From Chlorokybus atmophyticus (lineage: Eukaryota > Plantae > Mesostigma and Chlorokybus algae), in NCBI GenBank assembly GCA_009103225.1, contig RHPI01003389.1, positions 496,001 through 560,000 of the forward strand: a stretch of 64,000 nt of DNA, written 5' to 3'. The number at the start of each line of letters is the position of its first letter. Positions within the stretch are counted from its first letter, which is position 1. The notes under the pieces are model-generated. The model saw only the letters and a program-made list of their open reading frames with translations, was not told the DNA's origin and ran no database searches. Position numbers and translations under genes: made by a program. Positions 27,509 to 38,791 of the stretch are shown here, piece by piece.

Positions 27509-27856
27509 CAACGCACACTCACGCACACAGTGTGCTGCAGGTCCGCCTCCTGATCGGCGTTGTCGGTGTTGTTCTTAGGCGCCAGGCACTTGCCTGATGT
27601 GTGCCTACGTGGCGGTCGAGAGGTCGAGTCGTCGCGGGGCGAATTCAGACAGAGAGAAGTGTGAGTTGGCGCGGGGCGTCAGCAGTGCTGACTGGGACGC
27701 TTTGAGGCGTGCGCGCGCGCGCAGACATTTTAAGAGATTGCGTACTATTGCATCGGCGCGAGTCCGGGCCCTGCAGGCACAGGCCAAAGGGGGTGAAACC
27801 CCGCATAGGGGAGGGGGAAAAACTACAAGCACTTCATAATGCTGTACGCCGACATT

Positions 27857-28273
27857 GATGAGGGTAGACTGTACAGCCTATACAACTTTCTATGGAACCG
27901 ATTTACATGTGGCAAAGTTCGCCCTTTATAGTGACAATCACACTCGCTGTAAGGACCAATCGCGCCACTAGGGAGCGTCATTATGAAGAGGGTATACATG
28001 ATGGAATGCATTGGTTAGAGTTTGCCTGATTGTGATGTAAAAGTTGGTGCAAACATTGCACCAACATTACACACACCACTACCTTAATCGTTGTCTCGTT
28101 GCAATGACCAGTTGTCGTTGCATCGCAAATGTCTCGCTACAATGACATTATGTCACTACAACAAGGTCATGTGCTCTAATGACCATTGTCTCTGTATGAA
28201 GGTTGTGATACCCTGTATGTAGTGACAATTATGCTTAAAACATACGTGGTCACTACATCGAGGGTAGACTGTA
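27857..28273. mobile_element. Tigger/pogo-like MITE remnant(s)
   Basis: GAGGGTAGACTG|TA occurs twice, 400 bp apart (ending 27873 and 28273). The second copy reads GTCACTACATCGAGGGTAGACTG-TA, resembling a Tigger-type terminus; internal GTCACTACA/GTAGTGACA-like motifs recur. Confidence 0.4.
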
Positions 28274-28407
28274 CCGTACATCAACATACTTTTGCTTATG
28301 TAAACTGCGTATTAACTGATACCTGTCGATCGAAATGCAACGTGATTTATGTTCAACACGCAACTCATTATTTAAACTTTAAGCCGAAGAGTCATAAGTT
28401 AAGACAA

Positions 28408-28860
28408 TTATAACATACATATATATATTATTAATATATCGCCAACATGGCGTTGTCGTGCAAGGAAAGCTCTGACTGCGGGGGGTGTCTCGCAATGGGA
28501 ACGTGTACACCAACGCCCGCAATGTGGACAGTGGGTAGTGCTGCGGGGCAGCATAAGGGGTTCGAAGCAGAGTGAAAGGACCATGCAAAGGCCTTGGTGC
28601 AAGCACAATTGTGAAGCAATGTTGTCTTCAAAAGTCTCAGGTGTAACGCCGCCGCTTCCACGCCAGTATTATACATATGTATATACATTGTTAATATATC
28701 GCTAACATGTTGTTGTCGTGCAAGGAAAGCTCGGACGGCGGGGTGTGTCTCGTAGTGGGAACGCGTACACCAAAGAGCGCAAGTGTGGAGAGTGGGTAGT
28801 GCTGCGGGGCAGCATGAGGGGTTCGAAGCAGATTGAAAAGAAGCTACAAGGGTTTTGGTG
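28408..28860. repeat. Diverged tandem duplication with a period of about 260 bp
   Basis: About 28429-28590 aligns with about 28689-28851 (for example GTGGGTAGTGCTGCGGGGCAGCAT in both). A roughly 40 bp motif near 28625 recurs near 29400. Confidence 0.8.
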
Positions 28861-30393
28861 CCTAATGGTGAAGCGCTCATTGCTTAGCAATGGGTGCAAG
28901 AGACAGTGAGAAGGGAAAGTAAATTGTGTGGCCCTCTTATCTTGGTGTGAGGTGATAGTCACACAACAAGCTCTTAAACAAGGATGCATGTGAACAAGCA
29001 CACAACGATTATAGATTGTAGGTTGCATGTGCGTTCCGTTTAGCTAAGTGCCACTGAGCTGTTAATTCAGTGCATCCAATCGAGTGTAATTACACATTGC
29101 ATGCACTGAAACAGCAAGGGCAATTGAATGCGAGAAAGCTAAGAATGCTTCCGTGCAAGGCAAGCAAGGTACCGTATCGTGATAGTGATGCAGTCTGCAG
29201 GCATTGGGGCAATGGCCACGCCACAAAGTTGGCATCAGATCTTGCGCACCTGAGGGCGCAAGAAAGAACAAACACAAGAGAGCGGAGTAAAGACAAAAAA
29301 TAAAAGGGTTTACAACCCAAGGATTTGGGGTAACAGCTCACGCTAACTCAACTCGCTCTCTACGCAGTGTGCATGCACGCGGTTCACCTAGCTGATGGTG
29401 TCTTCATAAGTCTCAGATGCAACACCACCGCTTCCGCACCAATCCGCTCACTTGCGGCTTATTGCCGACCATTGCGCTAAGCCTAAGAGCAGCGGTCTCT
29501 TTGACATAACGGTTTTGTCGAATAGAGCTGACGGTGTCGGTCGCCGCCATAGCTCTCTCTTCTAATTGGTCGGTGCCAGAGGTGGCGTCGATGGGTGTGA
29601 TCACTGCTGCCAATGAGGCAGATGGCGTGAACTGGTTTAGAGGATTTGAATGCTGGAGCGCACAAGGGGTGCGAGGGAGTAATGCGTGTTAGAGGTCTTC
29701 GCCATGACATTGTTAATGTACATGAGATTTGATCAATTCATATTCATATTGCATCATTGCATACGCTATACGTTGTTTTGAGTACTATGTTTAAAATACG
29801 CACTGCGATAGATTGTGCGCGACAAGCGCAAACACATATGCTACAATTTTTATTTATTACAACAACCATATGTATGGTCGTCAATAAAAGTAATAATGCT
29901 GTTCACAAAATTAAAGGTATGTACCTTATAACATAGATGTAATATCCAATGTTATTGTGCAATAACAATGGTGATGTCACCACCGAAATCATTATAACTT
30001 TACGATTGTTTAAAATGAATCATAAGATCTCAGATTTGTACATCACACGTTACGGGTTATACATCACATCTGTTCAATTATAAAAGGGTGCAATTGTTCC
30101 CAACGTATACACTCACTCATCATGTGCCGGATGCGTAGCAGGTATCACAATAACCGCATGTTGTTGCCGGGGTTATGCATGCGGCATGCACAATCGTTGG
30201 TGGGCCCCACAACAACACAAGAAGGGCAGTCAAGCTAGCATAAGCACATATTAGGTAGCTTAGCTGTGTACCGGTAACAACATGTGATGGATTGAAATAT
30301 GTTTTGCATGCATGTATATTATGCAGCTGCAGTGTGCGCATGTTGCAAACGTATCATATGATAATTCTTGTTGTTGATCGTGTGTGCTAAAGC

Positions 30394-30727
30394 TGTGAGG
30401 AGGGGTGCTACCGCCCCCTCTAATCCCCTACCCCAACACCGCCATTAGCCACGACGCCGTCACCGCCGCCGCCAGGGCAACAACCGAAGCAAAAGATCCC
30501 TTGGCTATGGCGGCCGCTGCATTAGTAGCGCCGCCATACAGCTGATATCAGCATGAGACTTATGTGTCATGCGGATATTAGTGTTACAGATAAGTAACAC
30601 TACATTAGCGCCTTAACACTAGGTTAACGGCCTTAATATGGCTTAATTGTCTGTATATACCCGTTGGGAATCTCATTAAATCTGAAACAAGGGCGGGGAA
30701 CCTCTATAAAGGTAGCACTCTGTTACA
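30394..30727 (-). repeat. 3' LTR (334 bp)
   Basis: Direct repeat of 37817-38157; PPT adjacent. Confidence 0.95.
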
Positions 30728-30876
30728 TTCCCCCCCACTTAGGTTTCAATGTCCTCTTTAAAGGGTTAGCAAAGCCCCACTATAAGCATTAAAACCAAAG
30801 CAGTGAGAGAACCAGGGCCGAAGCGGTAAAGATGTTTGCTAGCACCCTTTTATCGTCCGCATGTGGACACAGCACT

Positions 30877-33800
30877 CTAGTACCCCTGAAGAATCTCTTA
30901 GCAATTGGTAAGATTCCTTTCAGGCTCCCACGTGTTGTGCTCAACACCATACCCTTTTCATTTCACCAAGTACGACGGCGCGCGTCCGCGTCGTGGCTTA
31001 CGGTGACTCTGAATTTCCACCTCATACTTTAATCTATTGTCGCCATCCACTGCAACGGGGGGTGGAGGAGGTTGAACCCGACCGTCAAAACGGTACGGTT
31101 TAGGGTATACTCACATGAAACACATTGTGAACGCGTATCGACATCGGCAAGTCCAAACAATACGCGTGAGTGCCGACCCGATCAATCAACCTTTTCAGGC
31201 TGAAAGAGCCTGTACAGCGAAAGAAAAATTAGCGGGTGCCCACTCCCTTAATGGATATGTTTTTGGTACTCATGAGTACTGAACAGCCCACATCGTAGTT
31301 GGCCTCCTTACAATGCGCATCAGCTTGGGCTTTTGTCTGTCTTGTGCTGCGCGCAGACAGACCTTTGCCAACACTAATTAGTTATAACCTATCCTATCTT
31401 GCATGGCCGAAGCCATCTCGCACGCTGCAGGTACGCGAGTTACGTTAGTAGCGGGCAACTTGATGTTCGCAGGACTTAGTGGATGCACTCCGTAATTAAA
31501 AAAAACGGGGTTTCCTTCCTGCACACTCTCTTGCCGTGCATTAATGATCGCGAACTCGGCCATTGGAAGATGGACATCCCAATCACTCTGGTTCGAACTC
31601 ACATAATGCCGGATGGTTTCCTCAATTATTTAATTGGCGCGTTCTGTCTGACCATCTGTCTGCAGATGATAAGCTGTGCTCATGTTCTGTTAAATTTGTA
31701 AGAAGTTGCATAGCAACTTCTGGACCTGAGCCACAAATCGCGGTTCGCGATTATACACAAAGTTGCGAGGCAAGCCATGCAACTTGAACACAGACGCGAC
31801 AAAAACCATTGCTAACTCATGTGAGCCTATCTTCATGCGACAAGGGACAATGTGAACCATGTTGGTTAAGCGGTCCACAAATACTGCAACCGCAGTGTGA
31901 CCTAATGCTGTCTCTGGGAGCTCAGTAATCAAGTCTATACTCACACTTTCCCATTTGCCATTAGGAACAGGCGATGGTCGCAGCAACCCAGCGGGATTCT
32001 GACGTAGCGGTTTGTCACACGTGTCCACATAATGCTTTACGTCAACATGCAACAATGGCCACCAAAATAATTGTTGCGCTGCCTTAATAGTCTTGCAACT
32101 GCCAAAGTGCCCAGCGTATGGTGGATTGTGTCATCAGCTATGCATTTCGCACGCAACCAGGCATGGGTAGGTATCACCAAGCTGGTGCCCACGTAATACA
32201 CGTTGTCTCGTAAGTCAAGCTTTTGCACGTTCTCTTGTGAAAAAAATTATGGGTCTGATTCATACCCTGGCACAACACGCTTGCACAGATTCATCATCCG
32301 GAGATAATGAACCGCGCGTCGCAAGCAATTGCGCACGCATAACTGCCAACATTGACGGACATGGACTTTGAGGATCATCAACATTAATTCAGCCTGGCCG
32401 GTATACTCATTTAAAAGTAAATCGCGACAGAAACTCATTACAGCGAGCTTGTCTACGTGACAAGTTTTGCTATGTCGAGAAGTACACCAACGGGTTATAT
32501 ATTAGTTATAGATCAGTCACCACTGCGAACCCCCTCCAAGTAACATCGCCATGTTTGCAGAGCATATACTATACCAAGCAACTCTTGCTCAGTGGTAGTA
32601 AAGTTCACCTCTGCTGGGATGAACTTCCTACTCTCATAAGCACAGGGTCCGCCATCTTGCAACAGTACTGCACCACACCCAAGGGTGGACGCATCGCTAA
32701 CCACAGTGAAGTGCTTGTCCCAGTTCGGCAATGCTAACACTGGAGCCGAAATAAAAGTCAGCTTCACTTGTTGCATAGCAGCTTTTTGGTCCACTGTCCA
32801 CAAAAATGAAGCATCTTTTCGCAACACTTTTGTTAAGGGCACCACAATTGTAGAGCACCCCATCATAAACTTGCGAAAGTAGTGTGCTAATCCCAAGAAT
32901 GATCGCAGCTAATGTATACTCGTGGGTTGAGGCCAGTCCTTTACAACTTGCACTTTGCAACGGTCAGGTTTGACACCCGCACCATTCGCAATGTGCCCCA
33001 AGAATGGCAACTGCGTTTTGAAAAAGTCATACTGTGCAAAATTGGCAAACAAGCGATGTGTACGCAGTAAGGCAAACACCGCCGAGTGCTGCTTATGCTC
33101 TTCTTTGGTTTCACTAAAGACAATGATGTCATCCAAGTAAACCATAACATACTTGCCAAGTATGCCATCAAAGATCTTATTTATTTCCTTCTGAAACACG
33201 GCGGGCGCATTGGTCAGTCCAAATGGTAACACTTTGTACTAATAATGGTCTGAAGGTGTTTTAAATGCTGTTTTGTAAATATCAGAAGGATGTATCTAGA
33301 TGTAATGATACCCACTTGTCAAGTCCAGCGTACTGAAATACGCATTTCTTGACAGTTTATCAAACACATCATCAATCCGGGGTAACGGGTATCAATCTGT
33401 AACCGTGATCTTGTTTAAAGCACGGTAATTTACACACATGTGCAGCTTTCCATTCTTTTTCATAACAAACAAGTTAGGCGCGCCAAAGGGTGAAAAACTC
33501 GATTCAATCCTTTTTTCAATAACTTTTTGATCTGAGTTTCCATTTCCCCTCTCTTTTGGGGGCTCAGCCTATATATAGGCCGAAACGGAGGCTCACTATC
33601 AGGAATGAGTGGTATTGTGTGTTTAAAACCTCAATCGGGAGGTAAGCCTGGCAACTCATTTGAGAACACATCTTGGTACTTCTCAATGATGTCTGCAACA
33701 CCTTCTGTACTACCTGGCACAAAGTCGTTCGGCGATGTCAAGTGTATCAGAAAAGCCGGTGTGTTTTTGCGCAACGCACGTTTCACTTGTAGTGCAGCCA

Positions 33801-34617
33801 GTAGCGCAGGGTTGGGCTGCTTGAGCTCCAAGTTATGTGACCCCTTCACAAACAATGTTACACGCTTACCGTAAGCGTGACGACCTTTCTTTACTGTGCA
33901 CAGGCATGCGCCAGCATCCAATGTCATTTCGGCATTTTCCTGCCACTCCTGTCCTAATACCACATTAACACCTGATATGTTGATGGACACCACTACGAAA
34001 GTAAGAGTGGCATGATAATTACTACTTATCACCTTCATCTGTATTTCCCCTTTCACTAGCAACGCACCCCCCGCACCGGCAGCTGAAAATGCTGAGGGTT
34101 TACACGCTGTCTTGTTGCGCACAACCCATTGTTCCTCAACAAAGTTGTGTGTTGCACCAGTGTCAATCAAGAAAGAACTTTTTACACCTGGCATTGTGCC
34201 ACTGAATGTCCACAACAGGGGTACCACCCGTCCTTGAAATGCAGCCAAGAGTCCGTAACCAATGCGAGGGTTGATTAATATTGCTGACAATCGCACTGTC
34301 CCTGTCTCACGCTTGCGCAACTGCTTCAGCATAGTACCCCCCCGAGTATGAGTTAAGCTTGGGCCATGATACTTTGGCACCATCACCAACACACTCAAAG
34401 TGTTGTGCATATTTTGCAACTCACACAACGCATGCAACACATCGGTTAGCATGTTGAATTCCACATGTACCAGCACACAAGCGTTCTCTTCCACTTTTTC
34501 AATATAAAAAGGTGGCAACTTGTCATGTGCTTGCCATGCATGTGTCATTACATGCACTTGGGATGGAACATCAAACCAGTTTGCTGCATGCATCTCAAGC
34601 AACTGGCTATCAACCAT
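30877..34617 (-). pseudogene. pol: Disrupted pol: PR (IDTGATHNF), RT (PFGLTNAP, YLDD), RNase H (DASTLGCGAVL), integrase (WESVSIDLITELP), chromodomain
   Basis: Fragments in several frames. The chromodomain at 30877-31026 reads YEVEIQSHRKPRRGRAPSYLVK*KGYGVEHNTWEPERNLTNC*EILQGY*. Confidence 0.93.
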
Positions 34618-34619
34618 CT

Positions 34620-35498
34620 CTAAATCAGTAACGGCGTAATCCTATTTAACCTTCTTTGCCTTGCCCTTCGCCTTTGCAGAGCGTTTTTTTGCAATGTGAC
34701 CCGCCTGATGACGTAACATGTGCGAGCCGCAGCAGGTGTAGCACCATCAAGAGACGTGCCACCAGTGGGAGGCGTGAATGTCTTCGCCTTCTTTGCCGTA
34801 TGCGCACTCGGCTGAGGGTAACGCTTTCCTCCCACCCCCTGCGGTTTGGCCGCAGCTGCCACATGTGACTTGTCCTGCACCGCCGTGTCATCATTGTACA
34901 TATACACACTCAGCTTCTGCAGCTTGGCCAAGTCCTCAGAAACCCAAGAAAGTCCCGTTGACGTGTTGTACTGCAGCTGATTGCGCACACACGCATCCAA
35001 GCCGCGCTTGTACAACTCAAACTGCTCAGCCTTGTCCATGGGCATGAGGCCACTATTTGCGCGACCCATCAATGCTTGGAACTCCTGTAGAGAAACTGAA
35101 GCCACCCGACCATATTGTCGCAACTTGCTGAGTTTGTTGCGAGCCTGAGTAGTAGGGTCCATGCGGTCATAGCGCTCCACAAGGAACTGAAATAATGCCG
35201 CCACTGTCTTGGCCGCACCAACCTCTATTTGCCTCGCCCACTCGGCAAGAGCGTCAGAGGGCATGAGCAACCCAGCAACATGCTCACCAACCGGGCGCTT
35301 CAGTGCCGTAAAGTAGTGCTCAGCGGTGACCACCCAGTCATGGATGCTGACATTGTCATTGGGCTTGAACTTCCCAGGCTTGTTTAATGTAACCGGCAGC
35401 CCCACTGATGCACCAGCTGCTGTAGTAGCACCCGCCACTTGTTGGCGCAGCGCCACAAACTCAGATTGCATAGCATCGAGGCATGCCGCCAACTTCAT
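34620..35498 (-). pseudogene. gag: Retrotransposon gag with a frameshifted zinc knuckle
   Basis: ORF directly upstream of pol; PGKF...W...EHYF and ARNKLSKLRQ motifs; TCY..HQAGHIAKN knuckle split by a frameshift. Confidence 0.8.
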
Positions 35499-37816
35499 TT
35501 AGCCGGTCAGCTTGTGTTCCAAGTCAGGTCCTAAATACTAGAACACATCCTTACAATGTTGTGAGGTTTCCACCACCAAGTTAGGCAAAGCCTCAAACGC
35601 CCTTGGCTTCCCTTGGTAAGGGAGAGGCTTGTCGTATACGGTCATGAGAGCAGCCACTTTGGCATCACCTCGCACGAGTTGCGGGATGTTGTTTGTCAAC
35701 TCGTGCTCAAGCATGCGAATCACCATCTCCTTGCTTGCGCGAGGGAGTGTGGCAAAATTTGTCTCATAGCCATTACGAACCTTCTGCGCCCAGGCATCCC
35801 ACGTTGCCCGACGAAGCTGTGGGTGGTGTTACGAATGGGGATAAATTGTGAGAGATCTCACTCATGGTAGTGTCTTTTACTACCATAGCCTAGTGGTCGG
35901 GCCCCAATTGCATTAAGCAGAGCCTGACGCTCTTGGGCATACGTCTCAATGGCCCCTCCAATAACACTTCAAATGTCGACTGGTCCACCAAGAGAAGGCT
36001 GGTTGAGAGAAGCATCTCTCTTCTACGTGCCTTTTTCTTCCTTGTCACTGCATATAAACTTATAGCTTTCACTCGTGTTTGTCCCTCACTTTGTCATTGT
36101 TCGATGGTTCATATGAGGATGATGAGTCGGGAATGGCATAATAAATTTTGCCTCCCTCTCCTTGGTCAGACATCTGCCCAAGGATAATACTCATTAGCAA
36201 GCCACTTTTGTAGTGCATAAAGACACAAGTTGTGCACTACAAAAGTGGCAAATCCTAGTGATTTTGTCTCGTCAAGTTTTGAGGGGTTGACGTGGAGTAT
36301 ACAGCCTAAACAAGAGCTCTCCACACACCTCCCAACTAGACAATCACTTTGGGCAAATCTGTCGGGTCGAGGGGAGTCGAGGGTCACACTGTCTCGGACA
36401 GCTGCATGGACAGCCATACTGTGCTGGACATGCTGCTGCGCCACCTGTGTAACGCGTAGCAAAAACAGAAAGATGACCTCCCCCCTCATGGTGACAAGTG
36501 CTTCGTGCAGCTGGTGTGCTGCTGCTGGGTAGTACGGGCAGATGGAGTTGGTGTTTTCCCTAAGAACATGCTGTGGCGTAGCATACAGAGTCAACAAGCC
36601 ACTACTATAGGTAGTGCTGTTTACACAGTTCTTTGCGTGAGTGGGAGAGAAATTACAATGTTAAGTGAGGTGAATGAGTAAGCAACACGTGGATGCTATG
36701 CCCTGACTGATGCCAACAAGCACACCGCGACCAAGTACACAAAGCTCACAGCGAGGACAAGCACAGTGCACAAGAACATGCACAGGCTCTCACACGGTGA
36801 GGGGATTCTTGGGAACCAGGACGGTGTGTTCGTAGTTCAAGTCGCTTCACAAGCTCTTAGCTTTCTCACTTACAGTGTCACCAGCTGATCCGGTGAACAC
36901 TGTGCCTACTTATACAAGTCAACTCATGACTGTCCAGAACATAAGCTAACGGTCATATGGAGGCTATTTCCACAGGGAATGCCCACTCGATATAGAACCG
37001 GATTTATAACTGAACTCACAACTGAACAGCTACGCGCGGTGCCTATGCAGGCTATGGTCACGAGCTACTCTAGGGACATGACCTAGCTACTGGTCAGAGG
37101 CGCGCGCGGGTTGCCATGCTGGTAAGCCGGGCGAGGGTCTCGCTGTAGGCATGCCCGATGACGACTGGCATGCTTGGGCAATAGGCATGACAAACCGCAC
37201 GCAAATGCACGCGACGGTTCACGAACTATGGCTGCTTAAAGTTTACACTTTGTACAACCCAGCCAAACTCACAGTTGTAATTGACACGGGGTGCCAAAAT
37301 CTCGTCAAATCGACCTCATAGGCCGATATCAACGAATTGTGAGTTTTTGGTTTGATATCGGCTGTATAAAAACATTCTGGCAGTCTTATTGCACTGACTG
37401 GTGGTATCGGGACAGTAGATGTTGCTACTGAACTGCCCCTAAGGGAATTTATCCAAAAAAAGTCGATAAAAAACCCTTACACCACCACGAATCCACATGG
37501 TGGTAAGCACACACACAGTTGATTGTAATAAGTATGTGTTTACTATGTGATGTGCTTGCATGCAATGCTTCAGGGAGGGACCTAGATGGCCGCCTCTCTT
37601 TACAATAACAAACTAGGCAGGGTTAGGCAACAACTATGCAACCATACAACATTACACAACAACCAACAACAACCACTACCCACCCTAGCTAGGAGCTAGA
37701 TGGCTAGTAGCCGCCGCCGTTGCCGCAGTCGCTGCCGCCTACCGCCACTGCCGCCTGCCCTTCGCCGCCGTCGCCTACCCTCCCACAGGCGCTTGCCGTC
37801 CTTGCTTCAATAACAA

Positions 37817-38157
37817 TGTGAGGAGGGGTGCTACCGCCCCCTCCAATCCCCTACCCCAACACCGCCACCAGCCACAACGCCGTCACCGCCGCCGCCAGGG
37901 TAATTGCCGAAGCAGAAGATCCCCTGGTTATGGCGGCCGCTGAGTTAGTAGCACCGCCATACAGCTGATATCGGCATGGGACTCATATCCCATATCGATA
38001 TCAGTGTTACAGATAAATAACACTACATTAAGGCCTTAACACTAGGTTAACAACCTTAATACGGCTTAATTGACTGCATATACCCGTTGGGACCCTAATT
38101 TTATCCAAAATAAGGGCAGAGAACCTCTTAGAGGTATAGAGGTAGCACTCTGTTACA
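37817..38157 (-). repeat. 5' LTR (341 bp)
   Basis: Direct repeat of 30394-30727, followed by TSD AAAGC. Confidence 0.95.
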
Positions 38158-38791
38158 AAAGCATCCCATACACAAATGCGTGATACGTCTATTATACATT
38201 CAACATGTTATAGGATTGTCCCCCCGAGAGAATGTATTCTCTCGGCCAATGTTGCGAAACGATAACCTTTTTAATGTATATTTTAATGATAAATGTCAAA
38301 ACCGTTTTACGGCGTTGAAGTAAGTAAGATATAGGAAGTATGCATGGCGATAAAGGACATACATGTACATGTCATTCAAAAACCAATATTTCACAAATAT
38401 ACCTTGCAAGTTTGATCAAGAGTGTTGGAAAGGGGCAGCATGACGTGACGGGCATAACGTGACGGGTAGGGCATGTTGAGCGTGACGGGCGTGATGGGTA
38501 TGGGGCATAACCGTGTTACGAGCCTATCTATGCTCTTCACACAATCTGCTCTCAATCGCCAGGAGAACTGCCCCTAATTAAGGGCATAAGCTGCCGGAGG
38601 ATGTTCTTTTGTGCTCCTAGCGAGGATGGCAACTGCGGATGACATTGTTGTGCAACAAACTCGCGCTAGTACGGTCATGATGTCATCACCATCTACTGGT
38701 CGCGCTCTGTTGCCCGGTTTATAACGCGCCGTTGCGAAAAAGCGAGAAACCGGTCACTTGGATGTGAGTAATGCAGAGTACTACTCTAGTA

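Larger units (their letters stand above)
30394..38157 (-). mobile_element. Full-length, decayed Ty3/gypsy LTR retrotransposon (chromovirus)
   Basis: LTRs at 30394-30727 and 37817-38157 with TG...CA ends; 5-bp TSD AAAGC at 30389-30393 and 38158-38162; polypurine tract AAGTGGGGGGAA (minus strand) next to the left LTR; domain order gag-PR-RT-RH-INT-chromodomain; many stops and frameshifts. Confidence 0.96.

Noticed and set aside
30877-33600. Programmed stop read-through or frameshifting in pol
   Set aside because: Stops and frameshifts are numerous and hit conserved residues (for example the chromodomain Trp changed to TGA); this is decay.
37780-37816. Primer-binding site of the LTR element
   Set aside because: No tRNA-complementary TGG-start PBS and no clear self-priming complement next to the 5' LTR; left unassigned.
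38400-38790. CGTGACGGG repeats and a possible Helitron end (CTAG near 38786)
   Set aside because: No convincing terminal hairpin or matching 5' end.
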